64,000 nt of DNA from Octopus sinensis. Its lineage: Eukaryota. Positions 27,095-39,552 of this stretch are shown one piece after another. Location of the stretch: assembly GCF_006345805.1 (NCBI RefSeq), contig NC_042997.1, positions 146,320,001-146,384,000 of the forward strand, read 5' to 3'. The first letter of the stretch is position 1, and the number at the start of each line of letters is the position of its first letter. The position numbers and the translations under genes are program-made. The notes below the pieces were generated by a model. That model saw only the letters and a list, made by a program, of their open reading frames with translations. It had not been told where the DNA came from and ran no database searches.

Positions 27095-27337
27095 CACAGG
27101 GTAAATGTTTTTTAAATTTTCTCCTGTTTACGGAATTGACTTTTATTTGCGGTTGAAGCTTTGGCTGTTATTTCTAGTGGGTGAATGGCCTATTATGGCC
27201 GTTCCTTGATTGTTGATGTTGAACATATATATATATATATATTTATATATATAAGCACTCACATAAATAAAGAAGAAAATAAAGATGTATTCATATACAG
27301 ATACATACATACATACATACATACATACATACATACA

Positions 27338-27370
<33 letters not shown>

Positions 27371-27387
27371 TATATATATATATATAT

Positions 27388-27678
27388 CGTGAAGGCACGT
27401 GGCATAGTGGAAAGAGTATTCCGCTCACGATCATAAGACCATGAGTTTGATTTCCGTTGGCTCGTTATGTCCTCCGGCAAGTCAATTTATTTGGTCCAGT
27501 CCCCTCAGTTGGCAAAAATGATTTGCACCTGTTATTCAAAGGACTGGCCTTGTCATATTCTGCGTCACGCTGAATTTCCCTGGGAACTACATTAAGTGTA
27601 CCCTTGTTCGTGGAGTGTTCAGTCATTTGCACGTTAATTTCACTTGCAGACTTTTCTGTAGATCGGATCAACTGGGAC
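27388..27678 (+). mobile_element. SINE family C (tRNA-like head, CORE/V-like body)
   Basis: GTGGCATAGTGG A-box-like and GAGTTTGATTTCC B-box-like motifs, then GTCC(T)...GGCAAGTCA...CTCAGTTGGCAAAAATGA. Confidence 0.6.
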
Positions 27679-27719
27679 AGTTAGTTAGTTTGCATGTACG
27701 TACAACTGTCAGCTTCAGT

Positions 27720-28117
27720 TATTAGGAGTGGTGAGAAGTTTGCTCCCCAACCACATGGTTCTACGCTCAGTGCCACTGCGTATCACCGTGTGGAAGTGCC
27801 TTCTACCATAACTCCTGGCCTTCTGAGCGGATATGGTAGGCAGATATATAGGCATATATATGTATATATATATTTTTTTTCTTTTTATTTCTATTCTAAT
27901 TCCCTTTATATTTCCTATATCCACCCTTTCCCGAAATAACTACTTGTATTGAACTCTACTAATTCCCTCTAGTTAACTCTCCCATGTCGTCTCTGATGAA
28001 GGGACATTCCAAATATTCCAGGAACAGCTGTAAGACTACCTTTCTCTTTATAAATGTCCTATGAATTCTACACACCCTTGGTTTGTTGTCTCATTATATT
28101 TAACACACACACATATA

Positions 28118-28160
<43 letters not shown>

Positions 28161-28380
28161 TATCTATATATATATATATGTGCACATATCTACGTGTGCG
28201 AGTCTTATTGTGTAGGTTTGACACACCACTGCCGCTTGGCCACCGGTGTTGGTTTGTTTATGTCCCCATAGCTTAGCAGTTCGGAAAAAAGAATGATAGA
28301 ATAAGTACCATGCTTACAAAAAGTAAGTGCTAGGCTCGATTTGTTCGACTAACCCTTCAAGACACTGCCCCACCAAAATC
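27720..28380 (+). mobile_element. SINE family A with a PLE-like fragment inserted in its internal microsatellite
   Basis: Head ~27720-27820, tail ~28195-28380; the insert carries the decayed hammerhead at 27989. Confidence 0.6.
27989..28036 (+). ncRNA. Decayed minimal hammerhead-like motif (PLE-type)
   Basis: GTCT-CTGATGA-AGGGA...TTCCA-GGAAC-AGCT-GTA-AGAC. Helix I is GTCT/AGAC, loop AGCT is palindromic, triplet is GTA. GAAA is mutated to GGAA and helix II is imperfect. Confidence 0.5.
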
Positions 28381-28977
28381 GCAGATTTGTGTAGGTTTAC
28401 AACTATTCGTACTGATGTATTTGTAGAGACAACTTCATAAGCTGCGAGCTGTGACGAAACAATTCACCATCGAAATCATTTTTGACATAAACTGTATTCA
28501 GTGGAATTAATTTTCTGTATTTAGTAAATTTTGGAAACTTCAACCAAAAAGTGTGTGTGTGCTGGGAAAGGTACGGCCGAATGTTTAAGAAGCTTTGTAA
28601 CGATGAGGTCACGCTCGATCCCACTATTTGACGTAACGGGCTATTGTCGTCTGCTGTAGCCTGACAGACGACAACTTGCAGGGTATCAGTGTGTTGGGAA
28701 AGGTACGGCCGAATGTTTAAGAAGCTTTGTAACGATGAGGTCACGCTCGATCCCACTATTTGACGTAACGGGCTATTGTCGTCTGCTGTAGCCTGAGATG
28801 TAGTCAGACATGAGTGAAAATGGACAGACGACAACTTGCAGGGTATCAGTCGAGTCGGTTACACTTGTATTTCGAAAGACCATCATGTCACGCTGATTAT
28901 ACCCAAGGCTTACGTTAAGGGAACACATATCTGCAAGGTAATCATCTTTACACTTATATGCTTATAGTATAAGCACG

Positions 28978-29200
28978 TAAGGTGGCGAGATAGGAGAATC
29001 AATAGCGCGCCGGGAAAAATGTTTAGCTACATTTCTTCCGATTTTACGTTCTGTGTTTAAATGTCGCCGGAATATTCATTGCCTTTCATACTTTCAGGGT
29101 CGATAAAATAAGTATCATTTGAGCACTGAGATCGATGTAATTGACTTACCTCATCCCCTGAAATTGCTGGCCTGGTGCCAAAATTTGATATCAATACTAT
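28978..29200 (+). mobile_element. SINE family B monomer, diverged
   Basis: AAGGTGGCGAG head, TTGCCTTTCAT core, GGCCTGGTGCC tail. Confidence 0.75.
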
Positions 29201-30431
29201 GAGCTGGTGATTAAGATTATCAAGCAAGTGAAATTCTTATTGTCGAAACTGACGGAGGATATTTCTTTTATCTATTTTTAATATAGAAAATCTGTGTAAT
29301 CTGGGAAAAGAAGCAAAAATCAGCTTTGAAAAGGAATCAATGACTTCCGGATTCAAAGTATACGAAGATCCATCTGGCCTCTGTAACAATGAATACAAAC
29401 AGGCAAAGTTTTGGACTTTGGACACACCTTATCTCAGTTCTCTCTCTACTGTACACGGTTAAAAAGAAAAAAAAAAACGTGCGACGATTAAAAACCTTTC
29501 TCTCAGGTAATTCAATCCTAGTTTATTTAACACTATTGTTACTATCTCTGCTTTAACACCTGTTGAATATGCTTGATATCTGACGATCCGCCTAACTCAA
29601 AAAAAAAAAAAAATAGAAAATAAAAATAACCATCAGGTGAGATCGCTTGATTTCTTACTCGCAATGATATCGACACCAGACTAGTGTTGATTACAAGATC
29701 TGTCGGAATTTTCCCCTTTGAAATATTTTTACAGCATTGATTTCTCGTCTTTGAAAACATCTGAATTTGATCCCCATTTTTATAGTTCCACTTATTTATC
29801 TGTCTTGTGTATTCACTTGATGTTGGATGAAAACGAAGAAAAACCAACGAAAACAAAGTAAAAAAAAATAAACAACAACAAAAACATTGTTTCTTAGAGT
29901 AAAAAAGCGGAAATCAGTTTGATAGTTATATATCTATGTATCTAAGTTTTATTATCTTCTGTGGGTCACTAAACATATGCTCTTCATTGTGGTTATTTTG
30001 GTAGACATACAAAAAATGCATAAACGAACATACACACAGAAATTCACACATGAACACACGCTTACACATAGTCGGTAGCTTTGTACTTCCACGTGACTTC
30101 TTCTTTTTTTACATCGTCTAAAAGAAGAAATAAAGAAGTGAATATATGTGTAGGTGTGTATTTATATATTAAGTGCTAGTAAGGACAGGGTATTTCGTTT
30201 TGCAACCATAATATACTTCCTAGTATATTAAAGGCTTATAAGTTAGTATTGTGTCCTACTTTTGTGTTAGCAATGAGTTGTCTTCATTTTTAAATTCATC
30301 TCTACAGATTTTCTATAGAATTTAGAACCAGCACTGAAAATTACGACGTTTTGTATATAAATACGTGTATGCAAACAATGCGATCGAATATAAATGAGAT
30401 ATTTGTTGAATATACTAGCATTTAGTATATA

Positions 30432-30952
30432 CCGTAAATCATCGAGTATAGTCCGCCCTTGAGTCCGCCCTTGAGGGGATTTTATGAGGCTGTACCTCTA
30501 AAATCCCTAAACCTTGTGTATAATACGCATCCCTTCTCTAACTTGAGTCGTGCATAATTAAGTCAGCAGCACCTAGTCGAACAAACACTTCCGTGTATGC
30601 ATAATACAATAACGGCAATGTTCTTAACTGTTATATGGGAATGTAAATATGTTTGCAAATTGTTTTTGTAATATGTTATTCTGTGTTCTGAACACTTTTA
30701 TTTTAATAAATGTTGCTTACTGCAAGTTATGGATGATTCTTTTATGACTTCATTGCTTTCAGGCTTAGCTTAATGTATTTTCGCGCCTGACATCACAAAA
30801 TGCGTCTGAATAAACATTGCCGGACAACAAATATAGACTCGGACATTGCTTAGAAAATATTTTTCGCTTTTAACCTCGTATATAGTACGCACTAGGGATT
30901 TTGACCTTTAAGTTTTTAGGAAAAAATGCGGATTATACTCGAGGATTTATGG
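30432..30952. mobile_element. MITE, Tc2/pogo-like
   Basis: ~25-bp TIRs CCGTAAATCATCGAGTATAGTCCGC / GCGGATTATACTCGAGGATTTATGG, TA on both sides, no coding capacity. Confidence 0.8.
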
Positions 30953-31105
30953 TACGTACCAGTTGTTAGGAATATTTATATGTTTAACATGGAAATTGAT
31001 CTATCCAGTTAAACATAGTCGCTATTTTAGCAGTGCATTTGTGGAAAGTTGATGGGTTGTATGCGGTGCTGAAGAAGGAGCAATAATTCCTGAAATATGC
31101 GTATA

Positions 31106-31270
31106 CAGTAATCTCTCGACTATTGCGAATGTTACGTTCCAAAAAGCCCCGCAATAGGTGAAAATCCGCGAAATAGAAACAGTACTGTACTATATATATA
31201 TATTTTATTTTTGTAATTTGTATATATTTATTTTATTATAAATGCACAACAACATCACACACTCACCTCC
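31106..31270 (+). mobile_element. Tigger-like 5' end fragment
   Basis: TA followed by CAGTAATCTCTCGACTATTGCG resembles Tigger/pogo TIRs; no partner TIR found. Confidence 0.45.
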
Positions 31271-31804
31271 AGAATTTCCTTTTTCATACAATATGTGCGA
31301 TTCTTTGTTTACTCATCTACGGAGTGTGCGTGTGTGTATGTATGTGTATAGAGAGAACAGAATGAGTGTTAGACATCACCCATGTTAGAGAAGCTCCTGT
31401 TAAGGAATTCCGGACTTTAGCCTCTAGCTTACCAAACAAATTCTTTGAATTACAATTAAAAAAAAATGTTTTCAATTGTTCTCAATATTCTTGCCCGCGT
31501 CCTCTTCGACACCTTATTTGTACGTGCACCAGTCAAATTATTTTGTCCTAGTATTGTTGCCAACATTTATTCGTACCCTCCCCCTTCATTTGTGTGTCCA
31601 CCAATTCAACTGACCTAGGTCTTTCTATTAATTTTTTTTGTATAACAGTTACTCCCTCGTTGTTTAGTTTTCTCCCTTTGAAATCGCATTTAATTTGGTA
31701 AAACTTTTGTTATATTCAATAAATGTCACTTGTGTGAGAGAGTGTGATATGTGAAGAGTATACGTTTGGCTAGAAATGAAAGGGCTTTGGAAATATAATG
31801 TATG

Positions 31805-32232
31805 ATAGCAAGTGTAGTATATGGTTAAGAAGCTTGCTTTCAACTATGTGGTCTAGGGTTCAGTTCTACTGCGCGGCATCCTAGACAAGTGTTCTTTATT
31901 ATACATCCAGGCCGACTAAATCATTGAAAGTGAATTTGATTGACGGAAACTGAAAGAGTCCCATTTTATATGCCTGTATGTGTCTGAGAGATAGAAAGAG
32001 AAATAGCGGTGTGTTGTCTTTGCGTTTGGTTTTGTTCCCCATTACTGCTTTAAAACCGTCGTTGGTGAGTTTACGTCTCGGTAACCTAGCGGCTCAGCAA
32101 AAGATATCCAAGGAATAGGTACCAGGCTTTTAAAAATAAGTACTGGGGTCGATGTATTCGATAAAACCTTACAAGACAGTGCCGCAGCACGACCGCAATC
32201 CAATTACAGAAACAAGCAAAAGCTAAAAGAGA
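31805..32232 (+). mobile_element. SINE family A, diverged full length
   Basis: Head, internal microsatellite and tail are collinear with the consensus. Confidence 0.8.
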
Positions 32233-32684
32233 AAAGACAGTATTGATTTTATATGAAACAAAAAAAAATATCTATTTAAGGCTGTAAAAATCTTTGAATA
32301 GTGAGGCGACTGGTCTTTTAAAAGCTTTTGCTTTGATATAAAGTATTATACAGTATTACTAATCGAATAACTTCAAATAAGTGGGTTAATGACCGTATGT
32401 TAACTGATTTATTATCTATTCTCAATATTATTTTTGTTAATATTAGTTATTACCGGTAATATTTCTTTCGCTCAAGGACTAACGAGTGGAAACGTTTTTC
32501 GCTATGTATTTTTTAATAATCTCAAAATCTGTTTATTATAGTTGCCTTAAACAGATCTAAGACAAATATCGCAGATAAAATTTAAGACAATTTATAATTA
32601 CATAGCGCACGGTATCTTCAAACTATCGTCCGCCTCTCATGAGAGACAAAATATTTATGGTAACTATTATATCACAATCATAAT

Positions 32685-33665
32685 AATAATCCTTTCTACT
32701 GGAAACCCAAGGCCTCAAATTTTGGGGGAAGGCAGTAAATCGATTACATCGACCACAGTAAGTAACTGGTACTAATTTTATCGATCCCGAGAGGATGAAA
32801 TGCAAAGTCGACCTCGGCGGAATTCAAGCTCAAAACCTAACGGCGGACGAAATACCGCTGAGCTTCGCCCAGCGTTCTAAGAATTCTGTCAGATCGCTGC
32901 CTTGATCATAATAACAATGGTTTCAAATTTTGCCACAAGAGCAACAAGTTTGAGGGAGGGGAGAGTGGATTATATCGACCCTAGTACTCTACTGGTACTT
33001 ATTTTATCAACCCCGAAAGGATGAAAGGCAAAGTCAACCACGGTAGAATTTGAACTCAGAACGTAAGGACGGACGAAACGCCACTAAGCATTTTGCTTGG
33101 CGTGCCAGCGATTCTGACTGCTAGCCACCTTAATCATAATAATGATAATCATTTCTATTAAAGGCACAAGGCCTGAAATTTGTGGGGAGGGGACTAGTTG
33201 GTTACATCCACCCCTGTGTTTCACTGGTACTTAATTTATCGACCCCGAAAGGATGGAAGGCAAGTCGACCTCGGAGGAATTTGAACTCAGAACACGAAGA
33301 CAGACGAAATACCTATTTCTTTACTACCCACAAGGGGCTAAACACAGAGGGGGCGAAGAAGGACAGACAAACGGATTAACCGATTATATCGACCCCAGTG
33401 CGTAACTGGTACTTATTTAATCGACCCCGAAAGGATGAAAGGGAAAGTTGACTTCGGCGGAATTTAAACTCACAACGTAACGGCAGACGAAATACTGCTA
33501 AGCATTTCACCAGGTATGTTAACGATTCTGGCTGCTCAGCTTCTTTGCCAGCTCGCTGACTTATCATAGTTCCCAACTTTGCTACAAAGGCAACAATTTT
33601 GGGGGAAGGGGCTAAGTCGATTACATCGACCTCAGTGTTCAACTGCTACTTATTGTATCGCTGCC
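32685..33665 (-). mobile_element. Cluster of SINE family B copies (two monomers, one dimer, one tail fragment)
   Basis: Repeated reverse-complement GCAAAGTCGACCTCGGCGGAATTTGAACTC-like cores, separated by AAT-rich tails. Confidence 0.85.
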
Positions 33666-33668
33666 TCT

Positions 33669-33716
<48 letters not shown>

Positions 33717-33816
33717 TTAATAATAATAATAATAATTACACACATACATATATATATACATTCATTCACAGACACATCTATATATACACACATATTTATA
33801 TTCATATTTATAACTA

Positions 33817-33910
<94 letters not shown>

Positions 33911-34088
33911 TTAATAATTATATATATATATATTTAATTATTTTAGGGGAGAAAGCGAAAACAATTCTTATCTCCTCCATACTCAATTAATGTCGTAGCA
34001 TTACGAAGCTACCGAAAAGACCCCAATAAATACATGCGATTGAAAGCGGGCTAGTGAGAGGTGTATGTATGTTTGTATGCATATATAA

Positions 34089-34139
<51 letters not shown>

Positions 34140-34257
34140 ATCGTATACAGACATATTCATATCATCTTTCATGCATATAGAGACATCTATATAATTTCTC
34201 AACTTTCCTAGCTTTGAATGTGTTTTTATTAGTTTAAACGTTTCCATATACGCATGA

Positions 34258-34324
<67 letters not shown>

Positions 34325-34859
34325 TGTGCGTGTGCGTGCGTGTGTGCATGTGTGTAAGTCTCCATATACGCGCCATTTGTGTTTCTGCATGCACGTATGC
34401 TTGTTTGCTGGTATTTGAATATATTCATGTGTGTGTGTCCTATGACATGAGCAAACATACAAGCTAAGACATGCAAACAATTTTCTTAGTGCGCTTATGT
34501 CTGATTTACAAGTGATGAGGTTCTGAAAAGATTTTATTAGACTGCAATCCATTGTAAGAAGTAACAAGATGATCAACTCTACGTTATCAAATGGTTGATA
34601 TCAGTTACACGTCTGGTAGACACCACCAGCATACACACACAGGTGCGTGTGACGTGACGTTGGGTCGTGATTAAAGAAAACTTCTGTTTAATCCGGCCTG
34701 ACATACCTAAGCCTTTCAATTGCTGTTGTGTCGTGTTCATTACTTCAAAATTATACGGCTACATATATGTGTATGGGGAGGGGGTGTATGCGTATGTATG
34801 TACATATAAACACACACACATATATATGCATGTATGTGTGTGTGTATATATATATATGC

Positions 34860-34890
<31 letters not shown>

Positions 34891-35163
34891 GAAGGAGAGA
34901 GATACATAGATACATAGTGAATCTTTATGTATGTAATGTATGTATATTTGTGTGTGCGTATATGTGTGTGTATGTTTGTGTATGTGTGTGTGTGTGTGTA
35001 TGTAGACAGTTATATAGTCAGATACATAGACAGAGAAACATTTGATATACATGTATATACGTGTGTGTGGGTGTATATATATATATATACATGCATACAC
35101 ACACACGTATATATACATATATATACATACACTCACACACATGTATACACACACACATATATT

Positions 35164-35194
<31 letters not shown>

Positions 35195-35256
35195 GTCTAT
35201 ATACACACATGTATATCTGCATATACAAAGTTTCACACACGTTTGCACATACACAC

Positions 35257-35287
<31 letters not shown>

Positions 35288-35913
35288 TGTATGTACGTAC
35301 GTGCGGAGGTATGTATATCGGAGCATGGTTAAAATATTCTCTTCACAAACCAGTTTGTTTTGGTTTCAAATCCAACTGTACATCTCGGGCCAATGTCTTC
35401 TACTATATTCGACCAAAGTTTTGCGAGCGAATTCGGGAGGTGGAAACTGCATGGAAGCCTATCATATGTTTATGTATTTTCCCCCTCTCCAGATGTCTCT
35501 GTATGTGTGCGTGTGCGTATAGGTGTTTGTGTGAGAGAGCGTGTGGGGGGGGGGATTAGATTTTTTTTATTTTTCTCTAAATTAGGGTTTCAGCAGAAAA
35601 TATGACGGAAAGGTTGTGGGGACCGATTTGACCAGCTAAAATCCATTTGGACACTGCTAAAGAGGGACATAGTCTATTGACTGAACTAAATAAAAGCACA
35701 AGGTACATTTATGTACATATACAGGGACACATATACCGATACTCACATACAGTTATTGATAAATGAATGTACAGAGATAGATATATGAAATACATGCATA
35801 TATACATACATGCATACATACATTCATACATACATACATAAATACATACATGCATACATACATACCGGTTCCCTCCTCAGTGGAAGATTTATAATAATTA
35901 AATACATACATAC

Positions 35914-36265
35914 ATTATTGGGGCCCTGGAATATGTAACACACTGCCTAAATACCAATTTTGAGAAATTAGGCTTCTCAAAACCACAAAGGAGAAAGCTG
36001 ATTCAAAGACTACAGATCCAATCCATCACTGAAACTGTAAAAATCTGTAAAACATTTCAGGAATTTATCATTTAAGTATATATGAGCATATCTAGGTATG
36101 CAAGTATATACATAAAACAAAACATATAAATCTACACATATACATACATGCATACAAAAATACCCTGATGTTGATGTTGAAATTCCAATGAAGAAGCCTT
36201 GGATCTAGGTTAGAAACCGGCTCTTTCTCTATTGGCAAAAAATATTGAAATAAAACTGAATAATG
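35914..36265 (+). mobile_element. Second copy of the REL-LINE 3' end (coding 35914-36075 plus 3' UTR)
   Basis: IIGALEYVTHCLNTNFEKLGFSKPQRRKLIQRLQIQSITETVKICKTFQEFII*, homologous to 40166-40330. Confidence 0.8.
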
Positions 36266-36316
36266 ACATGCATACATACATACACACACATACATAAGTA
36301 CATGCATGCATGCATT

Positions 36317-36351
<35 letters not shown>

Positions 36352-36547
36352 ATATAAACAAAACAAGAAAATGGAATTTTTTTATATCGTTTATCTCCAC
36401 TGCACGTCTTTCATATTCCACAGGAATCACAAAAGTTTAAATGTTATATAGACATGATACGAATTTCCCATTAGAGAAATTGTCAGACTGAGAAAAAAAT
36501 TATAATATGAATTCTCTAATAAAAAATTCCTTACATGTCTATATACC

Positions 36548-36965
36548 AGGCGCAGGAGTGGCTGTGTGGTAAGTAGCTTGTTTACCAGCCACATGGTTCC
36601 GGGTTCAGTCCTACTGTGTGGCACCTTGGGCAAGTGTCTTCTACTATAGCCTCGGGCCGACCAAAGCCTTGTGAGTGGATTTGGTAGACGGAAACTGAAA
36701 GAAGCCTGTCGTATATATGTATATACATATATGTGTGTGTGTGTGTGTTTGTGTGTCTGTGTTTGTCCCCCTAGCATTGCTTGAAAACCGATGCTGGTGT
36801 GTTTATGTCCCCGTTACTTAGCGGTTCGGCAAAAGAGTTCGATAGAATAAGTACTGGGCTTACAAAGAATAAGTCCCGGGGTCGATTTGTTCGATTAAAG
36901 GCGGTGCTCCAGCATGGCCACAGTCAAATGACTGAAACAAGTAAAAGAGAGAAAAGAGAGTAAAG
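36548..36965 (+). mobile_element. SINE family A, well-preserved full length
   Basis: AGGCGCAGGAGTGGCTGTGTGGTAAG (A-box-like), GGTTCAGTCC (B-box-like), internal (TA)/(TG)n, and an AAAGAG-repeat tail. Confidence 0.92.
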
Positions 36966-37136
36966 AAATAACATGTAAATCTTTGTGATTCCTAATGGCA
37001 AATGAAACACCTGTAATGAAGAATAAATAATATTTCCATTTTCTTGTTTTTTTTTTTTTTTATTCAACAAGTCAGTAAATAATATTTTTACAGCCCTCAA
37101 TCTTAATGTTTTGATTTACACGCAACAATAATAATC

Positions 37137-37353
37137 GTTTCTACTATAGGCACAAGGCCTGCAACTTGCGTGGCGGGGGACTAGTCAATTACACCGACCC
37201 CAATATTTCACTGGTATTTAATTTAACGATGCCGAAAGGACAGAAGGCAAAGTCGGCCTCGGTGCAATTAGAACTCAGAACGTAGCGAGCGATGGGCATA
37301 ATACCGCTCAGCATTTTTGTCTAGCATGCTAACGATCCTGCCAGCTCGCCGGC
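37137..37353 (-). mobile_element. SINE family B monomer
   Basis: Reverse complement of the full monomer. Confidence 0.8.
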
Positions 37354-37870
37354 TTACACACAAAAATAATAATAGATGCATATTGATTGTAATAATGGAT
37401 TCAGGAGAAGTGCTTCAAGAGGAAATAACTGGGATTTACCCTAACTACCTACCTATATATATTAATGTGTGTCTGTGTACGTACGTACGTACGTATGTAT
37501 GTATGTATGTATGTATGTATGTATGTATGTATGTATGTATGTAGTATGTATGTATGTATGTATGTATGTATGTATGTATGCATGTATGTATGTATGTATG
37601 CATGTATGTATGTATGCATATATATAATAATAATTGATGAAGGAAACGGAAGATAGATTTGGTATCAAAGTCTAGTACCAAATCTGTCTTTCGTTTCGTT
37701 CATCAATTATTATCATCTCAACTAACACTGCGAAATTCCTGAAGTAGATCCAGTAGAAATATACCCCAATCATGGATGACACCAGGTAGCCCAAACTGTG
37801 AACGTGCTTTACTCAACAACACACGAAGTAACATATGCCCATTAGTCCCAAAAGTTACATGTATATATAA

Positions 37871-37921
<51 letters not shown>

Positions 37922-37931
37922 GATACACATT

Positions 37932-39205
37932 CAGTAGAACTTTAATTTGGACTTCCTCTAAACACGGGCTTTTTCATAACTCAAATTTAATTTGTATAAT
38001 CGATGCAGAGTTGTAATGAGAAAGTTTAAATAGTTTTAGTCAGGTATTGTACTGAATGGATGAATCAACACTTGTTCTCAGAATGGTTCATACAAGAATT
38101 TGTGCCAGCTGTACAAAAGCGCTCTCACAAATTAGATAAATCTGATTCAAAGTGCCTGCTGCTATTAGTCAATTGTAGAGCACATCCTCACGAGTCAAAA
38201 TTAGTGTCATCATACGGGAATGTTTTTGTGTGCTACTTACCACCGAATATGACATCTCTCATACAACCTATGGAGGAAGGGATTATTTGGAACTTAAAAT
38301 GTTAGTATAGGCGATTTCTAGCGCAATTTTACCATTAAAGATGCCATTTTTTTTTTATCTCGCAAGCGCATGAATCAGGTTCGAGCAGGCACATTAACAA
38401 AAACGTGGGGAAAATTATATCCAGCGTCTAGTGCTCCTGAAGTGAAAGAAGCAGAGAATGAATCCGGAGTACAAAATATTCTTGAAACTACACCATTTCC
38501 AACCAAATACGCTGTTCTTCAATCACTTGATGCAAAGAAATGTGGGTGCGACATGATGAAGAAACCACTGAACAATGTCCCGAAGAAAATAATGGTCATG
38601 GAATTAGCAACAGCGACAGCTCCCATTCGAGTGAGTCTAATGTAAATGGCCAAGAACACTCTAATGAGGAAATATGGGATAATACAGAGAAATCGATGGA
38701 GATTATGATAAAATGTCTTGAAAGAAATCCTTACTTTAGTGACAACTATGTTTTGCAAGCAATGTTCCTTCAAAAGGATATGATCATAAAGCGACTACAA
38801 CACCAAGAAATAGTGAAGTTTCGCGATCGCTTGAGGAATGTAATGGCAATCCCCGTGAGCTCGACAAATGAAGACGGAAACGAAAGTGAAGAAACTCATT
38901 CAATCAATGAATAAAAGTATTCTACATAGATAATTGGTTATTAAATGCTGTTAATTTATCTAATAAATACCTAACTACTAACATTATCTAATATTAATTT
39001 ATTTTCATTTTTTTTCCTTGCAGTATTTAACGATTCTTTAAAATATATAATGCACTCACCTTAATATATACATCAAATACTAACGGGGGTACCCGGAAAT
39101 GTAAAAGGAAATATTTTAAATACCTTTATGTATTTTCTTCCCGTAATTTGAACTGCGTCCTCAAACTTGAACATAGCACACGTTCAAATTAGAGGAGTTC
39201 TACTG
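37932..39205 (+). mobile_element. Decayed pogo/Tigger transposon with DDE_1 transposase pseudogene
   Basis: TIRs CAGTAGAACT / AGTTCTACTG. ORF 38060-38305 reads WMNQHLFSEWF...LLLLVNCRAHP...LPPNMTSLIQPMEEGII, the DDE_1 signature, with stops and frameshifts. Confidence 0.9.
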
Positions 39206-39500
39206 TGTAAATATATATATACCAATATATATATATATATATATATTGAATATCTCGAAGCACTTACATAATGCTATAAATGACAGCATGAAAATATATG
39301 AATAGGAAAACAGTACTGGAGAGAAAATGTTGAAGGCTGACCGTACAGATGTAGGTTCGTCTCCCACAAGCAGCCTTCACCTTTTTCTATCCAAAATGTT
39401 TTTACAACCCAATATTTACATGCACTTATTTGTAGCTTTATATGCATTTTGAGATCAAGTTCCAAAAAGTATACGGAAACGGGCGCGAGTGTGTATGAAT

Positions 39501-39552
<52 letters not shown>

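Larger units (their letters stand above)
25954..27224 (+). repeat. Tandem array, right arm: ~2.6 inverted units of the same ~495-bp repeat; the ribozyme reads on the plus strand
   Basis: Reverse complement of the left-arm unit. The GCCACCCTA anchor ends at 26324 and 26818. The arm stops at GATGTTGAAC (27224), followed by (AT)n. Confidence 0.97.

Noticed and set aside
22717-27224. Array as rDNA, 5S, snRNA, tRNA, histone cluster or CRISPR
   Set aside because: No recognisable RNA-gene or histone sequence. Units repeat in full, with no unique spacers.
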